From Phycisphaerae bacterium (GTDB lineage Bacteria > Planctomycetota > Phycisphaerae > UBA1845 > Fen-1342): DNA of 51,673 bases. Both the position numbers and the translations under genes were made by a program. Below the pieces are notes generated by a model that saw nothing but the letters and a program-made list of their open reading frames with translations, was not told where the DNA came from and did no database searches. Where the stretch lies: contig JASFQK010000044.1 of assembly GCA_050115495.1 (NCBI GenBank), positions 1-51,673 on the forward strand, read 5' to 3'. Positions 1 through 8,592 of this stretch are shown piece by piece. The number at the start of each line of letters is the position of its first letter. The stretch's first letter is position 1.

Positions 1-21
1 CGCGTCGTTACTCTCGTGCAT
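1..21 (-). CDS. 5' end of a gene running off the window (MHESNDA...), product unknown
   Basis: The minus strand reads GAGGAG-tacgccg-ATG CAC GAG AGT AAC GAC GCG, a strong SD at normal spacing. Only 7 codons are visible. Confidence 0.45.
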
Positions 22-22
22 C

Positions 23-91
23 GGCGTACTCCTCTGCCCAGCGTGGGCGGCTCGGAACCAATCTTGATCCCGAGAGTACGCCGCCTTTTTT
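23..91. promoter_or_regulatory. Structured element: outer stem GGCGTACTC/GAGTACGCC with two inner hairpins. It sequesters the RBS on the minus strand and looks terminator-like (T6 tail) on the plus strand.
   Basis: Inverted repeat at 23-31/74-82, inner CTGCCCA/TGGGCGG and TCGG/CCGA stems, TTTTTT at 86-91. Confidence 0.5.
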
Positions 92-124
92 CATCCCGCC
101 ATCAACGAAATTCGGTTATAGCTC

Positions 125-502
125 GCTGACGGCCAGTCCGGCCGTCGTGAACAGCATGCTCAGCACTGCGGCCAGGGCCATCATGTGCCACAGCCGCCGG
201 GTGAAATGCCCGGCGACCGCCACGGGCAGCGTGAACAGGGCGATCACCATGACGATGCCGACGACGTGGCGTAGACGAAGAGCACCCCCACCGCCATGCC
301 GATCGCCCACAGCGCGCTGATCACCGTGTCCTCGCGCTGCCGGGCCCGCATGCTCACCACCCCGATCACCAGCGCCGCCAGCAGCGCGGCCACGATCGCG
401 CCGTGCAGCCGGTGCAACGGTTGCCAGCCGCTCAGCGGGCTATACACCAGGAGCAGGTCCGGCTCCGAGGCCAGGGCCCGTGCGATAAGCACGCGCTGCC
501 GC
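125..502 (-). pseudogene. Internally deleted remnant of a second znuC-znuB copy (three fused segments)
   Basis: 125-266 matches 1781-1922, 265-448 matches 2165-2348, and 448-502 matches 2824-2878. About 18 substitutions by manual count, all but one synonymous. Confidence 0.92.
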
Positions 503-827
503 CGAATTGTCTTGCAGACACTGTCAATGAGGATTACGCTGACAGCGGTTAATGTGAGGGTGAAACAACAAACTGTGGAGCGGCAGAGGCCACTTCTGAC
601 TTACGCTGGGTTCTCATTGAGAGAGGGTAAGGAGTCAATCGGAGGCAGCGGTGCATACCCAGTCCGGCGTTCTGGACCTGTCTGAAATCGCAATCCCGGA
701 GTTGGGTGCCGCATGTATCCGCTGACCTTCTACGGCTCCCTGAATGATCGGTGCGAGTAGGCGTCCAATTGCGCGACGACGGTTGCCCGGCGCGATGTTC
801 GCGGAGAAACGAAAGGAGGAGTCACTC

Positions 828-1571
828 ATGCGCATTGCTGCACTGTTTGCCGTGGCCGGCCTGCTAGTTGGTACCGCAGTGGCCGACTGGGGTCACCCTA
901 TTCTCTGGGACCAGATGGGCGCGATCGACACCTACGGTGGCCACAGCACCATCGACAACGACCTGGGAATCTACTCGCATACGGCCGACGACTTCCTGTG
1001 CGACGCCACCGGCTACATCAACGATGTGCACTTCGCCGGCTGGTCCTACTACGGGAACCAGTACATCGTCGGCTTCCGGATCAAGCTCTGGACCGATGTT
1101 CCGGCCACCCCCGAAGATGAGAGTCACCCGGGCGAGCTTCTGTACCAGTACGACGAGTTGACCCCGTACGACGGGTTCTTCGGCTGGCAGGACCTGGGCG
1201 ACGGGACGTTCCGCATCAACCTCCCCGAAGACCAATGGTTCTTCCAGGAAGCGGGGAACATCTACTGGATCAGCATCCAGGGCATCATGCTCGATGACGG
1301 GGCCAGTGACACGTTCTACTGGAACTTCGTCGACCGCAACGCGGAGACCTGGGGCGACGATGCCGCCTTCGAGTGCGAGTACTTCGGCTACGCGCCCTGG
1401 GCCAACTGGGGCTGGCCGACGCTCAGCGACGGTCCGGACCTCTACGACGGCGCTTTCCCGTCCGGCTGGATCCACTCGGCCGATATGGCGTTCGTGCTAA
1501 GCGGCCTCGTCCCCGAGCCGGCCAGTCTGCTGCTGATCGGCCTGGGCGCGATGGCGCTCCGCCGCCGCTAG
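828..1571 (+). CDS. PEP-CTERM sorting-domain secreted protein (247 aa)
   Basis: SD AAGGAGG then ATG at 828, signal peptide MRIAALFAVAGLLVGTAVA, C-terminus VPEPASLLLIGLGAMALRRR. Confidence 0.92.
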   Translation: MRIAALFAVAGLLVGTAVADWGHPILWDQMGAIDTYGGHSTIDNDLGIYSHTADDFLCDATGYINDVHFAGWSYYGNQYIVGFRIKLWTDVPATPEDESHPGELLYQYDELTPYDGFFGWQDLGDGTFRINLPEDQWFFQEAGNIYWISIQGIMLDDGASDTFYWNFVDRNAETWGDDAAFECEYFGYAPWANWGWPTLSDGPDLYDGAFPSGWIHSADMAFVLSGLVPEPASLLLIGLGAMALRRR

Positions 1572-1606
1572 GCCTCTCCCGGACCGCCTGGTCCAGAACG
1601 CTTTTC

Positions 1607-1651
1607 ACCCACGGCCCGCTGCACTCTCACGCGCGGGCCGTGGGTCCTTTT
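1607..1651. terminator. Intrinsic terminator-like hairpin between convergent genes
   Basis: ACCCACGGCCCGC ... GCGGGCCGTGGGT followed by CCTTTT. Confidence 0.65.
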
Positions 1652-1675
1652 ATGCGCCGGTGACGCCGCACGCGT

Positions 1676-2569
1676 TCAGGCTCGGCCAGGCCGGATCAGG
1701 CGGGCCCCCACCAGCACCGCCAGGTACGTCGCCCCCGCCAGCACGATCGTCGTCGCCCCCGGCTGCCAGCGCAGGGGGAAGCTGACGGCCAGCCCCGCTG
1801 TCGTGAACAGCATGCTCAGCACCGCAGCCAGGGCCATCATGTGCCACAGCCGCCGGGTAAAGTGCCCGGCGACCGCCACGGGCAGCGTGAACAGGGCGAT
1901 CACCATGACGATGCCGACGACGCTGATCAGCAGCACCACCGTCAGGGCGATCAGGCACAGCAGCAGCAGGTAGTAGAACTCGACGTTCACGCCCCGCAAC
2001 CGGGCGTACTCCTCGTCGAAGCACACCGCCAGGAACTGCTTGTAGCACAGCAGGGCCACCGCCACGATGGCGACGTCCAGCGCGGCCACCAGCCACACCT
2101 CCTGCACCGACACCAGCAGCAGGTTCCCGAACAGGTAGCTCATCAGATCGTGACCGTAGCCGGGCGTGGCGTAGACGAAGAGCACCCCCACCGCCATACC
2201 GATCGCCCATAGCGCGCTGATCACCGTGTCCTCGCGCTGCCGGGCCCGCATGCTCACCACCCCGATCACCAGCGCCGCCAGCAGCGCGGCCACAATCGCC
2301 CCGTGCAGCGGGTGCAAGGGCTGCCAGCCGCTCAGCGGGCTGTACACCTCGATGTGGTGCACACGCTGCAGGTAGTACGCCGCGCCCAGCCCGCCGAAGA
2401 CGCAATGGGCGATGCCGCCGGCGATGTACGTGATCCGCCGAACGACGACGTAGCTGCCGACGATCCCGCAGGCCACGCTGGCCAGCAACCCAACGATCAG
2501 TGCGCATCGCAGGAAGGTGTTGGCCGGGTCGATCAGGGCGGTGAAGAACTCGAACACGCCTGCCCTCAC
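1676..2569 (-). CDS. znuB: Zn/Mn ABC transporter permease (ZnuB-like)
   Basis: Polytopic ABC-3 permease with motifs GSYVVVRRITYIAGGIAH, SYLFGNLL and CFDEEYARLRGV. Overlaps the ATPase stop (GTGA). Confidence 0.9.
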   Translation of the reverse strand: MRAGVFEFFTALIDPANTFLRCALIVGLLASVACGIVGSYVVVRRITYIAGGIAHCVFGGLGAAYYLQRVHHIEVYSPLSGWQPLHPLHGAIVAALLAALVIGVVSMRARQREDTVISALWAIGMAVGVLFVYATPGYGHDLMSYLFGNLLLVSVQEVWLVAALDVAIVAVALLCYKQFLAVCFDEEYARLRGVNVEFYYLLLLCLIALTVVLLISVVGIVMVIALFTLPVAVAGHFTRRLWHMMALAAVLSMLFTTAGLAVSFPLRWQPGATTIVLAGATYLAVLVGARLIRPGRA

Positions 2570-3318
2570 TCGTGAGTGCCGTGCTGGTGCCGGACGTAGC
2601 GCACCGGGCCGCCGTAGAGCTCGCCGATGACCCGGCCGTTCAGCGCACTGGTCGGATGAGCCTCGACGTGGCGGGCGACGCAGAGGACGCTGCGCACGTG
2701 CTGCGAGACGAAGCCGACGTCGTGCGAGACCAGCAGCACGGTCAGCCGCTTGTTGAGCCGGTGCAGCAGCTCGAAGAAGTCGCCCTGGACCAGCAGGTCG
2801 AGGTTGGCCGTGGGTTCGTCGAGCAGGAGCAGGTCCGGCTCTGAGGCCAGGGCCCGGGCGATGAGCACGCGCTGCCGCTGTCCGCCGGAAAGCGCTCCGA
2901 GGTGCCGCCCGCCGAAGTCTGTGAGCCCCACTTCCCTCAACGCCGCCTCTGCCGCCTCGCGATCCTGCCGGCGGAGTGGGGCGAAACCCGACCGCTTGCC
3001 CAGCCGGCCCATCAGCACGACGTCGAGAACCGTGACCGGGAATTGCGGATCGAACTGCACGTGCTGCGGCACGTAGCCCACGCGTCGGCGGACCTCCAGC
3101 GGCGGCCGGTCGAAGACACGCACCGCGCCGCGGCTCGGCGTGAGCAGGCCCAGCATCAGTTTCAGCAGGGTGGTCTTGCCGCCCCCGTTGGGCCCGACCA
3201 CGGAGACGAAGTCGCGCGGGGCGATGGTGAAGCTGACGTCCTCCAACACCGACAGATCGCCGTAGGAGAACCAGACCCGCTCGAACCGGGCCACCGGGTT
3301 TTCGTTCGCTTCAACCAT
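2566..3318 (-). CDS. znuC: Zn/Mn ABC transporter ATP-binding protein (ZnuC-like)
   Basis: Walker A GPNGGGKTT, signature LSGGQRQR, Walker B LLLLDEP, SHD switch. Confidence 0.93.
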   Translation of the reverse strand: MVEANENPVARFERVWFSYGDLSVLEDVSFTIAPRDFVSVVGPNGGGKTTLLKLMLGLLTPSRGAVRVFDRPPLEVRRRVGYVPQHVQFDPQFPVTVLDVVLMGRLGKRSGFAPLRRQDREAAEAALREVGLTDFGGRHLGALSGGQRQRVLIARALASEPDLLLLDEPTANLDLLVQGDFFELLHRLNKRLTVLLVSHDVGFVSQHVRSVLCVARHVEAHPTSALNGRVIGELYGGPVRYVRHQHGTHE

Positions 3319-3381
3319 ATCACCTGCCGTGCTGCAGCTTGCCGCGGGCGTCTCCGGGCGTCAACACCGAACATGCCACGG

Positions 3382-4404
3382 TCACGGCTGCTGCAAGGCC
3401 TCGCGCACCGTGCGCGCCAGCGTCATCATGCTGTCGACGTAGTCGCGGGCCAGCGGATCCAGCGCCACTACGCTACCCCCGATCGCCTGCGCCAGGGCCT
3501 CGGCGCTGCGCGTTGAGAATTGCGGCTGCACGAAGATCACCCGCACGTGCCGCTCCCGAGCTCGCTTGATGAGCGCGGCGAGATCCTTGGCGGCGGGTTC
3601 CTTGCCCTCAATTTCCGCCGGAACCTGTCGCAAACCGTACGCGTCGGTGAAGTACCCGAACGCCGGGTGAAACACGAGGATCTCCTGCCCCTTCAGCGGG
3701 GCCATGACCTCGGCCAGGCGGGCGTCGAGCTCGGCCAACTCCGTCCGGAACGCGGCGAGGTTCGCCCGGTACTCGTCGGCGTGCGCCGGATCAATGCGAC
3801 ACAGGGCATCGGCAATCGTCCCGGCCTGCACGGCCACCAAGCGTGGCGAGAGCCAGATGTGGGGGTCGCTGCCGCCGTGCTCGTGCTCGTGTTCGTGTTC
3901 GTGCCCCCGGTCGTGTTCGTGTTCTTCCGCCTCTTCCTCCCCGCTTTCCATCTGACGGAGCGTGATCCCCTGTCGCGTATCCACGACGTCGAGCTGCTTG
4001 AACGTGCTCTCCACCTTCGGTAGCAGCCCATCCTCGAAGGGCACACCGATACGAAAGAACAGCTTCGCCTTGCCCAGCGCCTGCATCTGGCTCGTCGAAG
4101 GCTCGTAGCTGTGTGGTGACTCACCCGGCCCAACCAACACGTCGACCTTCACGTGCGTCCCGCCGATGCGTTCGACGAACTGCGCCTGCGGTAGAATGCT
4201 CACGAAGACCGTTATGGCCGAGGCATCGGCGTCACTGGTGGCCGGCGATGGAGCCGAGGCTGTGGCGGGAGAACCACTCTCCGGCGCCGGACGACAGGAA
4301 ATCAGCATCGCCAGACCCAGCAGCGCAACAGCACCGTCCGCGACGAGGCGCCACCGGCCCATCCACCACGGACAGCAGGTTACGAAGGACTTCGCTAACA
4401 CCAT
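3382..4404 (-). CDS. znuA: Zn ABC transporter substrate-binding lipoprotein (ZnuA/AdcA-like)
   Basis: SPHSYEP, His/Glu-rich loop HEHDRGHEHEHEHEH, DPHIWLSP, HPAFGYF, lipobox-like LISC. Start chosen at the ATG after SD GAGGAGG. Confidence 0.9.
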   Translation of the reverse strand: MVLAKSFVTCCPWWMGRWRLVADGAVALLGLAMLISCRPAPESGSPATASAPSPATSDADASAITVFVSILPQAQFVERIGGTHVKVDVLVGPGESPHSYEPSTSQMQALGKAKLFFRIGVPFEDGLLPKVESTFKQLDVVDTRQGITLRQMESGEEEAEEHEHDRGHEHEHEHEHGGSDPHIWLSPRLVAVQAGTIADALCRIDPAHADEYRANLAAFRTELAELDARLAEVMAPLKGQEILVFHPAFGYFTDAYGLRQVPAEIEGKEPAAKDLAALIKRARERHVRVIFVQPQFSTRSAEALAQAIGGSVVALDPLARDYVDSMMTLARTVREALQQP

Positions 4405-4518
4405 CGTCCGATCTACCTCCTCGAACGCCGCCACACCAACAGCGATCGGCGGGCGAAGCCCGCCCCGCCCGGCTGCACGATCGCCTTCATGCCCGAATAC
4501 TCATACAAGCCGATTATA

Positions 4519-4538
4519 GATAGTGATTATACGTTATC
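4519..4538. promoter_or_regulatory. Candidate Fur/Zur operator upstream of znuA
   Basis: AT-rich imperfect palindrome GATAGTGATTATACGTTATC resembling the Fur box GATAATGATAATCATTATC, in an otherwise GC-rich gap. Confidence 0.5.
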
Positions 4539-4585
4539 AGCACGTATGGGTTCGTCAAACACGGCGCTTTCGCCCAGCCCGGCTC

Positions 4586-4969
4586 TCATTCTCGCTTCAG
4601 GCAGCGCGGACACCGGCCGTACAGCACCAGTTCGTGACCTTCCAGCCGAAAGCCACGCGGCGTCAGCGACTTGATCTCCTGCGGACAACCCTTGACGTCG
4701 AACGTCCGCCCGCATCCCCGGCAGAAGAAGTGATGATGATGCGTCTTGCCGGCCAGCTCGTAGCGCGGCGGCTCGCCCGGGATGTCCACCGTGACCAGCC
4801 ATCCCTGATCGAGCAGCCGCCGAACGGCGCGATACACCGTTGCCAGGCCAATACCGGGAATGCTCTTCCGGGCGGCGACGTGCACCTCCTGAGGACTCAT
4901 CGGGCGCCCAGCTTCCTCAAGAACACGCTTGATGGTCTGGCGCTGGACGGTCCGACGTTCACGAATCAT
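4586..4969 (-). CDS. Fur-family metalloregulator, probably Zur
   Basis: GLATVYR, HHHHFFCRGC and terminal CPRC. Lies directly upstream of the znuACB-like genes. Confidence 0.9.
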   Translation of the reverse strand: MIRERRTVQRQTIKRVLEEAGRPMSPQEVHVAARKSIPGIGLATVYRAVRRLLDQGWLVTVDIPGEPPRYELAGKTHHHHFFCRGCGRTFDVKGCPQEIKSLTPRGFRLEGHELVLYGRCPRCLKRE

Positions 4970-5128
4970 GGGCGTACCCCGTCCATGTTCGACCTCCATC
5001 GTCGCTAGTTGCGCATCTTCTCTCAGCCCGAGCACCGGCCGCAGTATTGCGAAATGCCCCCCGGCTGTCCAGCGCGTAAACGCTTCACGTCCTGGGCAGC
5101 AGTGCTTACCAACCGTACAGTGCCGTCT

Positions 5129-6694
5129 GTGAACGCCCGCACAACAACCCGCCATCGCGCCTGGCTCATCGACCTCGCCATCGTTGTCGCGCTTGCGCTT
5201 GGCTGGGTGGCCATGATCGCCGCAGTCACCGGCGGCCATCAAATGGTGCTTTTCGACACGTTTCGCGACATGGCGTGGGCCGAGAATATCCGCGCTGGCC
5301 GCATCTGGACCGACCCGTCGCTGGCCGACCAACCATACTGGTACGCGCCGGGCAGCCCGCTGCTGATGGGCGCGGTCGCCGCTGCGACCGGACGTAGCGC
5401 CAGCGTCGCCTATTCGTCCAGCATCTTCTGGTACAACGTTCTCATTCCACTATTCGTCTATCTGCTCGCCCGTGTCGTGTGGGATCGGGCCACGGCGCTC
5501 GTCGCCGTGCCAGCCGTGCTGCTCGGTTCGTATTGGTGGTTCACGCACGCGCCAGCGCCGATTCCCGGGATTCAGACAATTGCGCTGTGTCTGCTCGGGT
5601 TTCTTTGCTGGCACCAGTGCGTGAGCGCGACGCGCTGGGGCGGCGGGTCGGCGGGCGCTGGTGTCGTGCTGGCCGGCGCAGCGTGGCAGCATCCGTTGTG
5701 TGCGCTGATTCTCGCCGGCGCGATCGCCCTGCACGTCGCGCTGGACGCTTTCGTCGTCGGCGGGCGGCTGCGCCTGCTACCGCGAATGGCGGTCGTGGCG
5801 GTGATCGCCGGTGCGGGCGCGGTACCGCTGATCGTGCACATGCTGCGCCTGGGCGTCGCTGGCTCACCCCTGCTGCGCTTCTATGCCAGCGAACTCGTCG
5901 AGCCCGAATTCTACGCTCATGCGCATACGCCGCTGATCGTGCCGGCGGCACTGGTCGGCGTGTGGTTTGTCGCCCGCTGGCAGCCACAGGCGTTGTGGCT
6001 CGTGGCCTGGCTGCTGGTGGGTGTGCTCGGGCAAATCGCCGGCTATCTCGGCTCATGGCCGCACTGGCCCCTGCCGTACGTCCTCCCGCACGAATTCCAG
6101 TGGCACGGGCAACTCGCTCTCGGACTGCTGGCGGCGGTGGGGATCGTCGGGCTGGCGCGGGCGTGGGCGCCGCCGGCGCGACGGCGCGTGGCTGTGCCAC
6201 TCTGCGCCATTCTGCTGCTCGTTGTCACCGTCGGGCCTGCCCTGCGCGATCTGCCGCGTGTGGGCAAGGACCTGCTGGACCTCGAGCCGTCGCTCGTCCG
6301 CACGCAGCCGTTGCGCACGTGGATCGAGCAGCAAACGACGCTCGATGACGTGTTCATATGCGACCCGGACACGGCGTATCGCGTCGTCTGCGGACTGACC
6401 GGCCGGAAATGCGTGGCGACATCGGCGGGTCACACCAATCCCGCCGTCGATGCCCGCCGAAGGCTCGCCGACGTCGAGACGCTGCTGCGTACGGACGAGC
6501 CGGCGGCATTCGCACAACTCGCCGGGCAGTACGGGGCCGGCTATCTGCTGTTCGCGCCAACCGACATGACCGAGGCACGCCAACTGCGCCAACGGTACGC
6601 CGACTGGGGCTGCCTGCGGCCGGCGTTCGTGCCAGAAGATAACCCCGCCACGGTGTACCGCATCGTGGCCGACGAGGGAGGTCAGCAACCATGA
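5129..6694 (+). CDS. Polytopic membrane protein, possibly a GT-C-fold glycosyltransferase (start uncertain)
   Basis: Many hydrophobic segments, an acidic first loop (FDTFRD...DP...WYAPG) and a soluble C-terminal domain. Upstream of a priming glycosyltransferase. Confidence 0.55.
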   Translation: MNARTTTRHRAWLIDLAIVVALALGWVAMIAAVTGGHQMVLFDTFRDMAWAENIRAGRIWTDPSLADQPYWYAPGSPLLMGAVAAATGRSASVAYSSSIFWYNVLIPLFVYLLARVVWDRATALVAVPAVLLGSYWWFTHAPAPIPGIQTIALCLLGFLCWHQCVSATRWGGGSAGAGVVLAGAAWQHPLCALILAGAIALHVALDAFVVGGRLRLLPRMAVVAVIAGAGAVPLIVHMLRLGVAGSPLLRFYASELVEPEFYAHAHTPLIVPAALVGVWFVARWQPQALWLVAWLLVGVLGQIAGYLGSWPHWPLPYVLPHEFQWHGQLALGLLAAVGIVGLARAWAPPARRRVAVPLCAILLLVVTVGPALRDLPRVGKDLLDLEPSLVRTQPLRTWIEQQTTLDDVFICDPDTAYRVVCGLTGRKCVATSAGHTNPAVDARRRLADVETLLRTDEPAAFAQLAGQYGAGYLLFAPTDMTEARQLRQRYADWGCLRPAFVPEDNPATVYRIVADEGGQQP

Positions 6695-6866
6695 CCCTGC
6701 CGCCCGTGCGGTACATCTGCCTGGCCGTGATCCTCGGCGCGTTGTGGGCACCGCATTGGATCCCCGTGCTTCGCGGCCAGCTCGACCCGCCGATCGTGTT
6801 CGTGGCGGCATTGGGCGTGGCGACGGTGGTTGCACTGGCGCGGGCATCGTCTGCGAATCGACGCAG

Positions 6867-6895
6867 CACTGGTGGGCAAGCCACCAGTGACACCC
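6867..6895. repeat. REP-like palindrome family A (CACTGGTG-GGCAAGC-CACCAGTG-RCACCC), copy 1
   Basis: 8-bp perfect stem; second copy at 18414-18442. Confidence 0.8.
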
Positions 6896-6994
6896 GATGC
6901 GAAGCCCGCCCTACGGCGGGGCCCTTGCCGGGGCGGGGCGAAGGGGCGGATAATGGCGGTGGCGCGCGGGTGCGCCGGTCTTAAGGTCGGGTAG

Positions 6995-8404
6995 ATGCTC
7001 AAGCAGCACAGCCAACTGATGCTCCTGTTGCTCGCGGCGGCCGACGCCGTCGCTGTCGCGGTGGCCTGGCTGCTGAGTTACTGGATCCGTTTCAACCTGC
7101 TGCCGGTGGATCCGGCCAAGGGCGTCCCCGAGCTGACCGACAAATTCCTGCCGATGCTGCCGCTGGTCGTCGTGGCCCACCTGCTCATCTTCAACCGCAT
7201 ACGGCTGTACCGACCCCGGCGGAGCGACCGGCCGTTCCGCGAGACGCGGGACATCGTCAAGGCGTTCGTGGTCGCGGTGCTGGTCGTCATCGTCATCGAC
7301 TACGCCTTCCCCGAGACGCACAAGATCTCCCGCGGCTTCGTGGTCACGTACGCTGTCGTAGGCACGGTCTGCTTCGTGCTGTTCCGCGGCACCGTGCGGA
7401 TCGCCCTGCACGCCCTGCGGCGGCGCGGCTACAACCAGCGCAACGCCGCCATCGTCGGCAGCGGCCGCAACGCCCAGCGGTTGTACTTCGCCCTCTGCCG
7501 AAACGCCTGGACCGGCATCCAGGTCGCCTATTTCGTCGATGACCTCGCCGACCGCACCGCCGCCAACTTCCGCCACGTGCCCATCCGCGGGCCGCTGGAC
7601 CAGTTGCGAACGATCGTCGAGCAGGATCCGGTCGACTGCATCTTCATCGCCCTCCAAACCCAACAGTCTCACCGCGTCAACGATCTGCTCGAAGCCCTCG
7701 GAACGTCCATGGCGGACGTCCGCCTCGTGCCCGAGTTCAACCCGTTCTTCACCATGCGGCCGGACGTGACCCGCTTCGACGGCCTGCCCGTCCTGGCCCT
7801 GCGACAAACGCCGCTGTACGGCTGGAACGCCATCCTCAAGCGGGCGTTCGACCTCGCCGTCGGCACGGGATGCCTGGCGCTGGCTGCCGGCCCGATGCTG
7901 CTCATCGCCATCGGCGTGAAGCTCTCCAGCCCGGGCCCGGTGTTCTATCGCCAGCGGCGGATGGGGCTCGACGGCCGCGAGTTCGAGATGCTGAAGTTCC
8001 GCACCATGCGGGCCGACGCCGAACGGGAGTCCGGGCCCGTCTGGGCCGGCCATGACGACCCCCGCCGGACGCGCTTGGGGGCATTCCTCCGGCGGACGAG
8101 CTTGGACGAACTGCCGCAACTGCTGAACGTGCTGGCGGGCGAGATGTCACTGGTCGGACCGCGACCAGAGCGGCCAGAGTTCATCGCCCAGTTCAAGCAG
8201 GAAATCCCGCGGTACATGCTGCGGCACAAGACGAAGGCGGGCATGACCGGCTACGCCCAGATCAAGGGCCTGCGGGGCAACACGTCGCTGAAAAAGCGCA
8301 TCCAGCACGATGTGCACTACATCGCCAACTGGAGCCTGGGGCTGGACATCCGCATCCTGCTGCAGACGGTAACCGGCGTCTGGTTCAGCCGGCATGAGGG
8401 GTAG
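6995..8404 (+). CDS. Undecaprenyl-phosphate sugar phosphotransferase (WcaJ/GumD-type priming glycosyltransferase)
   Basis: N-terminal TMs, then KRAFD, FEMLKFRTM, LRRTSLDELPQLLNVLAGEMSLVGPRPE and GMTGYAQI. Confidence 0.93.
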   Translation: MLKQHSQLMLLLLAAADAVAVAVAWLLSYWIRFNLLPVDPAKGVPELTDKFLPMLPLVVVAHLLIFNRIRLYRPRRSDRPFRETRDIVKAFVVAVLVVIVIDYAFPETHKISRGFVVTYAVVGTVCFVLFRGTVRIALHALRRRGYNQRNAAIVGSGRNAQRLYFALCRNAWTGIQVAYFVDDLADRTAANFRHVPIRGPLDQLRTIVEQDPVDCIFIALQTQQSHRVNDLLEALGTSMADVRLVPEFNPFFTMRPDVTRFDGLPVLALRQTPLYGWNAILKRAFDLAVGTGCLALAAGPMLLIAIGVKLSSPGPVFYRQRRMGLDGREFEMLKFRTMRADAERESGPVWAGHDDPRRTRLGAFLRRTSLDELPQLLNVLAGEMSLVGPRPERPEFIAQFKQEIPRYMLRHKTKAGMTGYAQIKGLRGNTSLKKRIQHDVHYIANWSLGLDIRILLQTVTGVWFSRHEG

Positions 8405-8427
8405 GGGGAAGAAGACAACGAGGCAAC

Positions 8428-8447
8428 CCCTTCGACTCCGCTCAGGG
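8428..8447. repeat. Short REP-like element CCCTTCGACTCCGCTCAGGG
   Basis: Small hairpin just after a stop codon, resembling a widespread bacterial extragenic repeat. Single copy here. Confidence 0.4.
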
Positions 8448-8527
8448 TGCCGAGGCAACAAGGCCTGGGCTTCGGTGGGGGCATCTCCTTCGCGGCGTGC
8501 TTTGGCCAACAATGTGTTCATACGACG

Positions 8528-8559
8528 GCGCCCCGCGGGCCTGACGGTCCGCGGGGCGC
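8528..8559. terminator. GC hairpin between convergent genes
   Basis: GCGCCCCGCGG ... CCGCGGGGCGC. Confidence 0.55.
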
Positions 8560-8592
8560 TGTTGGTAAGCTTGAACGGTCGAGCGGTGCTGC

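Noticed and set aside
125..502. DGR template/variable repeat pair with znuB
   Set aside because: Mismatches are not adenine-specific on either strand, are nearly all synonymous, and no reverse transcriptase is present.
6691..6984. 97-aa ORF coupled to the membrane-protein gene
   Set aside because: The hydrophobic N-half and ATGA overlap are plausible, but the C-half reads through a REP palindrome and low-complexity sequence. Not enough support to call.
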